Assembly (NCBI GenBank): GCA_035387885.1
Contig: DAOOOW010000002.1
Span: 7,869 to 71,868 of the forward strand
Length of the DNA stretch: 64,000 bases
Direction: 5' to 3'
Source: a bacterium
Lineage (GTDB): Bacteria > Patescibacteriota > Patescibacteriia > UBA2196
Each line of letters starts with the position of its first letter. Position 1 is the first letter of the stretch. A program made the position numbers and the translations under genes. Below are positions 9,888 through 20,023 of the stretch, piece by piece. Under the pieces are notes generated by a model. The model saw nothing but the letters and a program-made list of their open reading frames with translations, was not told the origin of the DNA and did not search any database.

Positions 9888-10895
9888 ATGACAACCACCG
9901 TAAAAAACATGTCCAACTTGAGCCCTACCATTGTTAACCAAATCTTCGACGCCGTTAAAAGCGCCAATAATATTCTTTTAGTTTCTCATATTCATCCAGA
10001 TGGTGATTCGCTGAGTTCCATGTTGGCTTTTTATAAATTTTTATTAAAAAATGATAAACAAGCTACCATGTTTGTGGCCGACAACTTGCCACCAGATTTT
10101 AATTTTTTAGTTAATTTTAATCAGATAGAAACTAATTTTGTTAATTTAAAAAATGAAAAATTTGATTTAATTGTTTTTCTAGATTGCGGAGATTATGAGA
10201 GGAGTGGGCTTAAAGATCATCAAGAAAAAATAACCAATACTCAAACTATCAATATCGATCATCATTATTCTAATAATAAATTTGCTAATGTTAATTTGGT
10301 CATGCCCAGCATGTCTTCTACAGCAGAAATTTTGTTCCACTTTTTTGAACAGATAAATTTTATTTTAGATATTAATGTGGCCAGTTTGCTTTTAACTGGT
10401 ATTCTAACAGACACCAATTTTTTTGTTTATTCTAATGCCAATGCCGTAACTTTAAAAGTGGCTGGAGAGTTAATAAAATTGGGCGCTAAAACCAATGTTG
10501 TTTTAGAGAATGTTTATCAAGGCCTGCCTTACAAAAGTTTAAAAATTTTTGGTAAGGCTCTGGCTCGTTTGAATATTAATCAAGAAAATAAATTAGCTAC
10601 CACAGCTATTTTTTTAGATGATTTGGAGGAAAGCAGAGTTACGAGTGATGATTTGGAAGGTTTGAATGATCATTTGAATAGAATGTTTGATGTCGAAGGA
10701 ACTTGTGTGTTTAAAGAAGCTGAAAATGGGTTAATTAAAGGCAGTTTACGCACCATGAAAAACAATGTCGATGTTTCGCTATTTGCTCAAAAATATGGTG
10801 GTGGAGGACATAAAAAAGCGGCTGGCTTTAAAACTGCTGGTAAAATTGTTAAAACAGAAGAAGGAGGGTGGAAGATAGAAAAGACAAATTTTTAA
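9888..10895 (+). CDS. DHH/DHHA1 phosphoesterase (NrnA-like)
   Basis: HIHPDGD, IDHH, GGGGHKKAAG. Confidence 0.93.
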   Translation: MTTTVKNMSNLSPTIVNQIFDAVKSANNILLVSHIHPDGDSLSSMLAFYKFLLKNDKQATMFVADNLPPDFNFLVNFNQIETNFVNLKNEKFDLIVFLDCGDYERSGLKDHQEKITNTQTINIDHHYSNNKFANVNLVMPSMSSTAEILFHFFEQINFILDINVASLLLTGILTDTNFFVYSNANAVTLKVAGELIKLGAKTNVVLENVYQGLPYKSLKIFGKALARLNINQENKLATTAIFLDDLEESRVTSDDLEGLNDHLNRMFDVEGTCVFKEAENGLIKGSLRTMKNNVDVSLFAQKYGGGGHKKAAGFKTAGKIVKTEEGGWKIEKTNF

Positions 10896-11014
10896 TTTCT
10901 AATTTTGAATTTTTAAAAATTAAAATATTCAAAATTATTTCAAAATTGTAAAATTAAAAATTAAAAATTTTTTAAACTTGACTCTTAATAAAACACCATA
11001 TAATATATAAACAT

Positions 11015-11590
11015 ATGAATCTCATACCTACTGTTATTGAAAAAACCAATTTAGGTGAACGAGCCTATGATATTTATTCTCGTTTGCTTAAGGACCGCAT
11101 AATTTTTTTAGGCTCGGCTATTGATGACGCAATAGCCAACACTGTCATTGCCCAATTGCTTTTTTTAGATTCGGAAGATAATAAAAAAGATATCAAATTA
11201 TATATTAATTCCCCGGGTGGTTCGGTTACTGCAGGCCTGGCCATTTATGACACTATGCAATATGTTAAAGCTGATGTTTCCACAATTTGCGTGGGGACTG
11301 CTGCCTCGATGGGCGCCGTAATTTTGGCTGCTGGAGCCAAAGGTAAGAGATTGGCTTTGCCCAATGCGGAAATAATGTTGCATCAAGTTATGGGCGGAGC
11401 TGAAGGTCAAGCTATTGATATAAAAATTAGGGCTGAACATATTTTAAAAGTTAAAGATAAATTAAATAAAATTTTAGCCGAACATATTGGCCAAAGTTTA
11501 GATAAAATAGAGAAAGATTCTGATCGCGATTTTTTTATGACTGCTGAAGAAGCTAAAAAATATGGTTTAATAGACAAGATAATTAAATAA
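11015..11590 (+). CDS. clpP: ATP-dependent Clp protease proteolytic subunit
   Basis: [27 protein letters not shown]. Confidence 0.98.
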   Translation: MNLIPTVIEKTNLGERAYDIYSRLLKDRIIFLGSAIDDAIANTVIAQLLFLDSEDNKKDIKLYINSPGGSVTAGLAIYDTMQYVKADVSTICVGTAASMGAVILAAGAKGKRLALPNAEIMLHQVMGGAEGQAIDIKIRAEHILKVKDKLNKILAEHIGQSLDKIEKDSDRDFFMTAEEAKKYGLIDKIIK

Positions 11591-11621
11591 TAAATTTATA
11601 ACTTATAGATGGAGGTAGGTA

Positions 11622-12098
11622 ATGACTGGACAAAATATTCGACTGGCTGTGATTTTTTTGGTTATTACAGAAGATTCCCATGGTAAAAAAATAATTGCCA
11701 TTGGTAAAAAAAGATCAAACTCGCCCAAATTTATGGCTGGTTGTTGGCATATTCCTGGTGGCACTAGTTGTTTAAGTGATTATCTTAATTTAAAATCTTT
11801 TGCCGAGCTTATTCAAAGAATTGCCGAACGAGAAGCTAAAGAAGAATTGGGTGTTGAAGTTGATTTTAAAAAAATTCTCCATTCACAGGCAATTATAAAG
11901 CCAGATAAAGGCGAATTTTTGCAAATGGTCTACGTGCTTTGTCGTCCGGTAGATAATTCACAAATAAATTTAAAGCACGGCAGCGATTTAGAAGATGCTA
12001 AATGGGTGCCTTTTAATAAAGTTTTAGAATATTTGGATGTCAAAGCCATTGAGCATCTGCCTGATGGTATCAAATTATTTATTACTTCTTTTGTTTAA
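11622..12098 (+). CDS. NUDIX hydrolase
   Basis: WHIPGG...REAKEELG; GGAGGT SD. Confidence 0.85.
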   Translation: MTGQNIRLAVIFLVITEDSHGKKIIAIGKKRSNSPKFMAGCWHIPGGTSCLSDYLNLKSFAELIQRIAEREAKEELGVEVDFKKILHSQAIIKPDKGEFLQMVYVLCRPVDNSQINLKHGSDLEDAKWVPFNKVLEYLDVKAIEHLPDGIKLFITSFV

Positions 12099-12114
12099 AA
12101 AACGGAGGCAAGCA

Positions 12115-12654
12115 ATGGGTAATGCACAATTATCTCTAGGTTTGGTTATTATCAATACTCAACAGGAAATTTTGCTGATCAGAAAAAAAGATGAAAAACG
12201 ATGGCATCTTTGCTGGTGTGAAATGAAAATTGGAGAGTCATTTAAAAATGCGATTAAAAAATCTATGAGAGAGTTTTTTTCTGTTATTGGTGCAGAAATT
12301 GGTGGTGTGGTTTATTTAGGGACTTCTGTCCTTCAAGAAGAGTATCTTATTGGAGGAGAAAATTCAGTTTCGATTCTTGTGCAAGTGATTATACAGAGAC
12401 CAAAAAAAATTATAACCCCCAAATGGTGGGAAGCTAAATGGTTTTCAATTAAAGGATTGTCTAAACAAAACAATGTTGCATCCTGGCTTGGGGAAGAACT
12501 CGACAGGTTAAGCAGAAGAATTGGAAAAACGGATGGGAATCTTCTTACGGTGGATGATTTTGATCCAGAATCTTTTGAAATAACAAAAACTTTGTTAAAA
12601 GATATGGAAGCATTGAATGACGATAGAGAGCCGGAATGGCCTGGCGATCGTTAA
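12115..12654 (+). CDS. degenerate NUDIX-fold hypothetical protein
   Basis: GGAGG SD; EILLIRK..W....GESF..A.....RE pattern. Confidence 0.55.
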   Translation: MGNAQLSLGLVIINTQQEILLIRKKDEKRWHLCWCEMKIGESFKNAIKKSMREFFSVIGAEIGGVVYLGTSVLQEEYLIGGENSVSILVQVIIQRPKKIITPKWWEAKWFSIKGLSKQNNVASWLGEELDRLSRRIGKTDGNLLTVDDFDPESFEITKTLLKDMEALNDDREPEWPGDR

Positions 12655-13038
12655 TTGCAAAAAAAATATATCTTTACACCGAGCGCGATTTGCTCGGTTT
12701 TTTATTTTATCTTGCCAAAAAAACTTTTTAATGCTATAATTAAAATATTAAAAATTAATTACTTCCAAAAATATAAAAATAAGGGATTAGAAAAGATTTT
12801 TGGCTAACATTAGTATAAATTATTTTGAATTTTTTAAATACAATTAGCTGCTATGAAATCAGTTTTTGACTTATCAAACATTTTAAATATAAATTATCTT
12901 TTAGATAAAAAAATCTAATATTTTTTGTTGTCTATTTTTGATTGCTAATTTTAAAATTAATTCAATAACAATTTAATTAAAATCTTTTTAAACTCCCATG
13001 ATTGAAATTTTTTATATTTCAGGAAATCAGGGAGTTTT

Positions 13039-14550
13039 ATGATACTTTATTTAATTATTGGTTTAGTAGCGGGACTTGGCGGAGGTTATTTAATTCGTCG
13101 TTATGTTGCCAGTCGCTACGCTGAAAATGCTGAAGCTAAGGCCGAAAAAATTTTGGAAGAAGCTAAAAATAAACAAAGAGATTTATTGATTGAAGCTAAA
13201 GATAAGGCTTTAAAAATTATCGATGAGGCTAAAAAAGACGAGCAAGACAGACGTAAAGAAATTAGTTCTTTGCAAATACGTTTGGAAAAAAGGGAAACTC
13301 TTTTTGATCAAAAATTGTTGGAATTTGAAGATAAAAAACAACAACTTTTAGACAAAGTAGAAAAAGTGGAAAAAGTTAAACAAGATATTGAGACAGTTAA
13401 AGAAGAACAAATGGCTAAGCTGCAAAAAATTGCAGAAATGACTAAAGATCAGGCTCAAAAAGTTTTATTGGATAACACCGAAAGAACTGTCAAAGAAGAA
13501 TTACTTTCTTTAATGCGCAAAGTGGAAAATCAAACTCAAGAAGAATTAGATAAAAAAGCTAAAGAACTCTTGACTTTGGCTATTGAAAGATGCGCGTCTT
13601 CTCATGCGGCCGAAACTACTAGCTCGACCGTTTCTATACCAAGTGATGAAATGAAAGGTAGAATTATTGGTAAAGAAGGTCGCAATATTAAAACTTTAGA
13701 AAATATGTTGGGGGTAGAAATAATTGTGGATGATACGCCTGGTGCTATTATTGTTTCAGGATTTTCTCCCATCAGAAGACAAGTGGCTAAATTGACTTTA
13801 GAAAAACTTGTTGCTGATGGTCGAATCCATCCTGGCAGAATTGAAGAGACTATTGAACAAGTTAAAAAAGAATTAGCTTTGGAAATTAAAAAAGCTGGTG
13901 AAGATGCTGCCTATCAATTAGGTATTGCTGGTTTAGATCCTAAGTTAATTCAAATTTTGGGTCGCTTAAAATATCGTACTTCTTATGGGCAAAATGTTTT
14001 ACAACATTCCATTGAAGTAGCCAATTTATCGGGTTTATTGGCCGAAGAATTAGGTGTTAATGCGTCATTAGCTAAAAAAGCTGGTTTATTACATGATATT
14101 GGTAAAGCAGTAGATCATGAAGTTGAAGGCACTCATCCAGAAATTGGCTATAACATTTTGAAAAAATATGGTATGCCAGAAGAAGTGGCCAAAGTGGCTA
14201 TTGAGCATCATTTGGATCACCCAGAGACATTACTTGGTGCTATTGGCAAAGTAGCTGATGCAATTTCTGGGGCTAGATTGGGTGCTAGAAAAGATTCTTA
14301 TGAAAATTATATCCAAAGATTGGGTGAATTAGAAGATACAGCCAAAGCATTTGAAGGTGTGGAAAAAGTTTATGCCATTCAAGCCGGTAGAGAGGTGCGT
14401 ATTTTTATTTCTCCAGAAAAAATTGATGATTATGCAGCTAAAAAATTGGCTCGTGAGATTGCCAATAAAATTGAACAAGAATTAAAATATCCTGGAGAAA
14501 TTAAAGTTAATGTGATTAGGGAAACAAGAGTTATTGAATATGCAAGATAA
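13039..14550 (+). CDS. rny: ribonuclease Y
   Basis: N-terminal TM, coiled coil, KH (GRIIGKEGRNI), HD (LLHDIGK). Confidence 0.98.
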   Translation: MILYLIIGLVAGLGGGYLIRRYVASRYAENAEAKAEKILEEAKNKQRDLLIEAKDKALKIIDEAKKDEQDRRKEISSLQIRLEKRETLFDQKLLEFEDKKQQLLDKVEKVEKVKQDIETVKEEQMAKLQKIAEMTKDQAQKVLLDNTERTVKEELLSLMRKVENQTQEELDKKAKELLTLAIERCASSHAAETTSSTVSIPSDEMKGRIIGKEGRNIKTLENMLGVEIIVDDTPGAIIVSGFSPIRRQVAKLTLEKLVADGRIHPGRIEETIEQVKKELALEIKKAGEDAAYQLGIAGLDPKLIQILGRLKYRTSYGQNVLQHSIEVANLSGLLAEELGVNASLAKKAGLLHDIGKAVDHEVEGTHPEIGYNILKKYGMPEEVAKVAIEHHLDHPETLLGAIGKVADAISGARLGARKDSYENYIQRLGELEDTAKAFEGVEKVYAIQAGREVRIFISPEKIDDYAAKKLAREIANKIEQELKYPGEIKVNVIRETRVIEYAR

Positions 14551-14558
14551 GCATTACT

Positions 14559-14672
14559 AAAGTTTATCCCGAGTGTCTATTTTGGTCGCTTTGAACCGAA
14601 CTTGCCTACCGGTAGGCGGGGGATCTCATTTTTAAAATTAGAGATCTCTCACTAATCGCTCGAGATAAACTT
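14559..14672. repeat. complete family B element (AAGTTTATCCCGAG...GATCTC...GAGATC...CTCGAGATAAACTT) with nested CTTGCCTACCGGTAGGC
   Basis: Terminal inverted repeat; arms also at 42657, 45394, 51706, 54355. Confidence 0.85.
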
Positions 14673-14681
14673 GGAAATTTT

Positions 14682-15476
14682 ATGACCATTATTTTTTTTG
14701 GAGATATTGTTGGGAAAATTGGCCGCGAGGCCATAAAAAAAGTTTTGCCAGAGCTTAACAAGAAATTTAAGCCAGATTTAATTATGGCCAATGTAGAGAA
14801 TTTGGCTCATGGCAAAGGAGTAACTGAAAAAACTTTAGATGAAATGGTAGAAGCCGGTATTAATATTTTTACTTCTGGTAATCATATTACTAAAAAGGGT
14901 GAGTTTGGAAAAATTTTAAGTGATGAAAAATATCAATTAGTGAGACCAGCTAATTATCCACCCACGGTGGTTGGTCGAGAATATTTAAAATTGAAAATAA
15001 AAAATAAAAATGTTTTTATTTTGAATTTTTTAGGCAGAGTTTTTTTTAGAGAAACAGTAGATTGTCCGTTTAGAAAATTTGATGAAATATACAATTTGCT
15101 TAAAATTAAAAAAAATGATATAGTTTTAATAGATTTTCACGCTGAAGCAACTTCAGAAAAGCGAGCTTTTGGTTGGTATGTTGATGGTCGGGCTAGTGCA
15201 CTGTTTGGGACGCATACTCACATTGAAACAGCTGATGAGAAAATTTTGCCCCTTGGGACTGGCTATATTACAGATGTAGGCATGACCGGAGGTTTAGAAA
15301 CTGTGATTGGTGTAAAAAAAGATAATATTATTGAAGGTTTTTTATCCCAAACCACTGTTTTGCACGAATTTCCAGAAACTGGACCAGTGGAAGTCAATGC
15401 TCTTTTGATAAAAATCGATGATCAATCTGGCAAGTGTTGGGAGCTCAAAAGAATCCATAAAGAAATAAAAATTTAA
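14682..15476 (+). CDS. YmdB/TIGR00282 metallophosphoesterase
   Basis: GDIVG, DFHAEATSEK, GTHTH, TDVGMTG. Confidence 0.95.
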   Translation: MTIIFFGDIVGKIGREAIKKVLPELNKKFKPDLIMANVENLAHGKGVTEKTLDEMVEAGINIFTSGNHITKKGEFGKILSDEKYQLVRPANYPPTVVGREYLKLKIKNKNVFILNFLGRVFFRETVDCPFRKFDEIYNLLKIKKNDIVLIDFHAEATSEKRAFGWYVDGRASALFGTHTHIETADEKILPLGTGYITDVGMTGGLETVIGVKKDNIIEGFLSQTTVLHEFPETGPVEVNALLIKIDDQSGKCWELKRIHKEIKI

Positions 15477-15566
15477 TTTGCGAATTATTACCAATTTAAT
15501 ACTAATTTTGCGAATTATTAAATTCGCATTATTCGCTAATAATTTGTAATAATTAGCATACTTGAT

Positions 15567-15845
15567 ATGAACAAATCAGAACTCATTATGTCTTTAGCAG
15601 AAAAACTTTCTGTGGAAAAAGCGGTCGCTGAAAAAATGCTTAATACTTTGGTTGATATGATTGTAGAAGAATTAAAAAAAGGCGGGGAAGTAACTATTAC
15701 AGGTTTTGGAACTTTTTTGGCGAAACGTCGAGAAGCTCGCATGGGTGTTAACCCCCAAAATCCTAGCGAGAAAATTCAGATTCATGCTGTGACCGTGCCG
15801 AAATTTAAAGCTGGTAAAACCTTGAAAGATGCCTTGAAAGCTTAA
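15567..15845 (+). CDS. hup: DNA-binding protein HU
   Basis: MNKSEL, GFGTF, VPKFKAGKTLKD. Confidence 0.96.
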   Translation: MNKSELIMSLAEKLSVEKAVAEKMLNTLVDMIVEELKKGGEVTITGFGTFLAKRREARMGVNPQNPSEKIQIHAVTVPKFKAGKTLKDALKA

Positions 15846-15959
15846 TTCTTTAATTGTAAACTCAAGCGACTATTTTAGTTGTTAAGAGTTTGGGGATCCT
15901 TTTTTTAATTTTCTAATCATTTTTTCGCTCCAGTCTTTTGATTGGAGCGTTGGTGTATT

Positions 15960-16958
15960 ATGCCAAAATATAAAATTGGAACTAAATACATTGCCAATCG
16001 TTTAGACAAATTTCTTTTTGAAAAAATAAAAAAATTTTCTCGTTCTCAAATTCAAAAGCAAATAAAAGATGGATTAATTTTAGTGAACAATAAAATTATT
16101 CAGCCACATTATTTTTTAAAAGAAAAAGATGTTATAGAAATAAAGAAATCAGAAATTAAGAAATTGGGGGATAGTGGTTCTCTCCAGTCTCCAAACCGGA
16201 GCGACAACGTATTAAACCACCAATCAGGAGACCAGAGGGAACAGCCAATAGAAATAATTTTTGAAACCCCAGATTATTTAGTCATTAATAAACCAGAAGG
16301 TTTATTGGTGCATCCAGGCAATGTTCACTCCGACAAAACTTTGATTGATTGGTTAATTAAAAAATATCCGAGTATTAAAAAAGTTTTTGATAAAGATAAT
16401 AAGATTGGTAAAACCAGACCGGGCATTGTTCATCGACTAGATCGTGATGTTTCTGGTTTAATGGTCATTGCTAAAACTCAGCCCATGTTTGATTATTTAA
16501 AAAATCAGTTTAAAGATAGAGTCATCAAAAAAGAGTATTTAGCTTTGGTTCATGGCGAAGTTTCTTTAGATGTTGGTAGAATCGAGCGTGCACTCATTCG
16601 TTCTAAAAAAACTGGTTTAATAGCTGCGCAAACAGAAGAAAATTCGCTTGGTAAAGAAGCCATTACTGAATTTTCGGTTATACAAAGATATAAAAAATAT
16701 ACACTTTTGCAGATTAAACTTTTAACCGGTCGCACTCATCAAATTCGCGTGCATCTTAAAAGTATTGGTCATAGTATTTTAGGCGATAAACTCTATATAA
16801 CTCGCAATATTCGTCTTAAAGCCAAAAAACCAACAGTAAACAATATTTTTTTATTATCTAAAAAATTGGGTTTTTATGATTTGGAAAATAATTGGCAAGA
16901 ATTCAAAATTAAAGAACCAAAATGGTGGCTTGAATATTTAAAGATTTTAAAATCTTGA
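15960..16958 (+). CDS. RluA/RluD family pseudouridine synthase
   Basis: S4 domain, GIVHRLDRD, TGRTHQIRVH. Confidence 0.95.
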   Translation: MPKYKIGTKYIANRLDKFLFEKIKKFSRSQIQKQIKDGLILVNNKIIQPHYFLKEKDVIEIKKSEIKKLGDSGSLQSPNRSDNVLNHQSGDQREQPIEIIFETPDYLVINKPEGLLVHPGNVHSDKTLIDWLIKKYPSIKKVFDKDNKIGKTRPGIVHRLDRDVSGLMVIAKTQPMFDYLKNQFKDRVIKKEYLALVHGEVSLDVGRIERALIRSKKTGLIAAQTEENSLGKEAITEFSVIQRYKKYTLLQIKLLTGRTHQIRVHLKSIGHSILGDKLYITRNIRLKAKKPTVNNIFLLSKKLGFYDLENNWQEFKIKEPKWWLEYLKILKS

Positions 16959-17091
16959 CACGTTTTTATAATTATATTACTATAAAAATAACTAAATTTA
17001 TCAACCATAAACACGAATTTTGTATAAATTGGATTTTAAAACCATAATTCATAATTCATTCCGCCAGTTGGCGGATCATAATTTAAATTTT

Positions 17092-17454
17092 ATGTCAGAA
17101 GTTCAAAAAACAGAAGCAATCGAATTAACAAATCTTAAACCAGGTATGGTGGTTAAGGTTTATGAGAAAATTAAAGATATTGATGCTAAGGGCAAAGAAA
17201 GAACCCGTTCTCAGATTTTTGAGGGCACGGTTTTAGCAGTTAAAAACTCTAAAACTAGTATGGGTTCTTTTGTTGTTAGAAAAATTTCCGAAGGCGTGGG
17301 CGTGGAAAAAATTTATCCTTTGCAATCACCTTTAATTGAAAAGATAATTTTTGTTAAACAGATTAAAGTTAATCGCGCCAAGCTTTATTATTTAAGAAAT
17401 TACAAAAAAAGATTAAAAGAAAAGAAAGTAATTAAAGTTAAAAAAGAAGTTTAA
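17092..17454 (+). CDS. rplS: 50S ribosomal protein L19
   Basis: FEG.VL, GVGVEKIYP, RAKLYYLR. Confidence 0.96.
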   Translation: MSEVQKTEAIELTNLKPGMVVKVYEKIKDIDAKGKERTRSQIFEGTVLAVKNSKTSMGSFVVRKISEGVGVEKIYPLQSPLIEKIIFVKQIKVNRAKLYYLRNYKKRLKEKKVIKVKKEV

Positions 17455-17529
17455 TTAATTTGATTTATTGTTATTTTTTGCTATAATAAAAGCGATTCCT
17501 TCGCTTTTATTTGTTTATAATAATATCCC

Positions 17530-17558
17530 GTAGGGACAGGTTTCAAACCTGTCCCTAC
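17530..17558. repeat. REP-like GTAG hairpin
   Basis: GTAGGGACAGGTTT-C-AAACCTGTCCCTAC perfect stem; relative at 23083-23111. Confidence 0.8.
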
Positions 17559-17573
17559 AAAATAAAATTTCCT

Positions 17574-17657
17574 GCGGACGTGGCGGAATTGGTATACGCG
17601 CAGCCTTGAGGTGGCTGTGGTCGCAAGGCCTTGGAGGTTCAAGTCCTCTCGTCCGCA
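17574..17657 (+). tRNA. tRNA-Leu(GAG)
   Basis: GCGGACG/CGTCCGC, CAGCC-TTGAGGT-GGCTG, long variable arm. Confidence 0.95.
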
Positions 17658-17675
17658 TTTACTCAAGAAACTGTT

Positions 17676-18356
17676 ATGAAAAATATTTTCATAATTCCAG
17701 GCTATGGGATACCTAAAAATATCTTAAAAGATGAACCATGTAAAAGATATTTGGGTTTGGTTTTTAATCAAATTTATCAAATTTGTTTAGATAAAAAAGA
17801 GCATAAGCCCATAATAATTTTTTGTGGTGGGCATACGGATATTTTTAAGCCTTATAAAAGAACAGAATCTGCAGAAATGAAAAAACTATTTTTATGGTTT
17901 GCCAAACGAGATTTTGTTAAAAATTATACTAAGAGTTGGCAATATAAAATAGAAAATAAATCATTATCAACTGTTGAGAATTTACTATTTGTTAAAAAAA
18001 TTACTGATACATTAAATGGAGAAAAATATTTTTATATTTTTGTGGAGTATACACGGATATTTAAGATAAAAACTTTTGCCAAAAGGATATTTGTTAATAA
18101 ATTTTCAATTATAGATTTAGATTTTGATTTATCCATTAATCGTTATAGAGATCCAGAATTTATAAAGAAGAAAGAAAAAATAGAGATTAAATTTGGCTTA
18201 AAATCTATAAAAGATTATAAATTTTTGTTAGAGTACAGAAAGGTTTTACACGAAAGATTGTCTTTTTTCAGAAATCTTGGTCCGCAACAGCATAAAGAGG
18301 CAATTAATATTTGGTGGCAAAATAAAATAAAAGAATTAGAAAATATGGGCGCTTAG
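17676..18356 (+). CDS. hypothetical protein, possibly YdcF/DUF218-like
   Basis: IPGYG, IIFCGG, ES.EM, ENKSLSTVENL; stop lies inside tRNA-Val. Confidence 0.6.
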   Translation: MKNIFIIPGYGIPKNILKDEPCKRYLGLVFNQIYQICLDKKEHKPIIIFCGGHTDIFKPYKRTESAEMKKLFLWFAKRDFVKNYTKSWQYKIENKSLSTVENLLFVKKITDTLNGEKYFYIFVEYTRIFKIKTFAKRIFVNKFSIIDLDFDLSINRYRDPEFIKKKEKIEIKFGLKSIKDYKFLLEYRKVLHERLSFFRNLGPQQHKEAINIWWQNKIKELENMGA

Positions 18357-18423
18357 CTCAGCTGGTTAGAGCGACTCGTTTACACCGAGTAGGCCAGGGG
18401 TTCGAATCCCTTAGCGCCCACCA
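18347..18423 (+). tRNA. tRNA-Val(TAC)
   Basis: GGGCGCT/AGCGCCC, ACTCG-TTTACAC-CGAGT, CCA end. Confidence 0.95.
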
Positions 18424-18430
18424 AATTGAA

Positions 18431-19549
18431 ATGGATCTAATAAAACATCCCAATCCAGAAATTAAAAATGGAGATAACGAGTTATTAGTAGCACATCCTG
18501 ATTTTTTAGAGCAATTAAAAAAATTTCCGTTAAAGATTCAAAGAGATTTTATGGAATTGTCTAGGTGTTCTCAGTTGATGATTTTACAAACAGAGAAAGT
18601 GCGTAAATCAAATAAAGAAACAAATAAAAGTAGAAGTTTTTATATCGAGACAGGAACAGAGGAACAGTGGGAGGAAATTAGTCGAGAAATACGTCATGAA
18701 AAAGGAGATTATTCTGAAGAGGAAATTGAGGAAATGGATTTGTCGGAGATAGAATTGATTATTAGACAAGTTTTACATTCTTTTTTTCGATATTTAAAAG
18801 AAAGGGAAGGAATGGGTGATAGATTTTTCGTCGATCAAGAAGTTGTTAAAGAATTATTGAATTTATTGTGGTCAGGTCGTAAAGAAAATTCTTTCACTTC
18901 ATTTGAACCAGATTATTATAAAGAAATAAGAGCTGAATATGATAGATTGAACGAAGAAAAGAGGAAGCTTGTTGCAGAATTACAAAAAATGGCAACTAAA
19001 AAACTTAATCGGCCGATGAAAAAAAGATTTACAGATTTAAATGCATTATTAGTTCAAGAATTTGGTTATATTTTTCGAGGTGTTGATGGAAGTAGTTATG
19101 AAAGTGAATGGGGTGGTGCTCCTAAGAAAGATCGTTTAAAAATTTTAAAAAGTGAATTGAGTTTACAACAAAGCGAAATAACTCAGCAAAAAACTTTGGC
19201 CTATGCACTTAAATATTTTAGTGCTGAAGAATTTGCAGTTATATTTAACGAGATTTTAGAATCCAGAGCTTCCTTTTTAAGGAAGAAAAATCCAAAATTT
19301 CTTAATGACGCGATTAAGGCAATTGAATCTTGGTTTGTTTTGCATGAAAGTGAAAAACCGCTTAAAGAAAAAAAAGAATTAACTGGCGATAAAAAAGAAA
19401 AAATTGGAAAAATTATAAAACATTTTTGGCGATTATTTAATTCTTATTTACGGCTTTTAAAAGAACCTAGTGCCGAAGAACAACAATTAAGTGGAACAGT
19501 TAGTCAATTAAGTGTTGCGCTTAATCTTCTTAATAAAATAAATTCTTAA
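18431..19549 (+). CDS. hypothetical charged/coiled-coil protein
   Basis: 372-aa ORF, no motif recognised. Confidence 0.65.
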   Translation: MDLIKHPNPEIKNGDNELLVAHPDFLEQLKKFPLKIQRDFMELSRCSQLMILQTEKVRKSNKETNKSRSFYIETGTEEQWEEISREIRHEKGDYSEEEIEEMDLSEIELIIRQVLHSFFRYLKEREGMGDRFFVDQEVVKELLNLLWSGRKENSFTSFEPDYYKEIRAEYDRLNEEKRKLVAELQKMATKKLNRPMKKRFTDLNALLVQEFGYIFRGVDGSSYESEWGGAPKKDRLKILKSELSLQQSEITQQKTLAYALKYFSAEEFAVIFNEILESRASFLRKKNPKFLNDAIKAIESWFVLHESEKPLKEKKELTGDKKEKIGKIIKHFWRLFNSYLRLLKEPSAEEQQLSGTVSQLSVALNLLNKINS

Positions 19550-19568
19550 ATTAATAGTTTTATATTTT

Positions 19569-19820
19569 ATGAAATACGTCATTTCTATTTTGGGTTTGAT
19601 TATTGGTTTTTTTCTGGTTATTAAAACGGAATGGATGATCCGGAATTTTGGTTATTCAGAATGGGCGGAAACAAAATTTGCTATGTGGGGCGGTTCGCGC
19701 ATGGCCTATAAATTGGGTGGTATAATAATTATTATTGTGTCTATAATGTGGGCGACTGGTTGGGCCCAAGATATTTTAGTGGCCATTTTTACCCCAGGCA
19801 AAAGAATTGGAATTGAATAA
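19569..19820 (+). CDS. small membrane protein
   Basis: Two TM helices around FG..EWAE....GGSR..YKL. Confidence 0.7.
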   Translation: MKYVISILGLIIGFFLVIKTEWMIRNFGYSEWAETKFAMWGGSRMAYKLGGIIIIIVSIMWATGWAQDILVAIFTPGKRIGIE

Positions 19821-19906
19821 AAAGCGAATAATGAATTATGAATTATGGTTTTTAATTTTTTTATTTTTCCCGTTATTCATGATTCATAATTCATAATACA
19901 AATTTT

Positions 19907-19982
19907 GGGCCCTTAGCTCATTTGGTAGAGCACCTGCTTTGCAAGCAGGGGGTGACCGGTTCGAGCCCGGTAGGGTCCACCA
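19907..19982 (+). tRNA. tRNA-Ala(TGC)
   Basis: G3:U70 acceptor, CCTGC-TTTGCAA-GCAGG, CCA. Confidence 0.96.
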
Positions 19983-20023
19983 TTTACTTTAATCGTTTGT
20001 TTAAAGAATAAAATTATCTGAAA

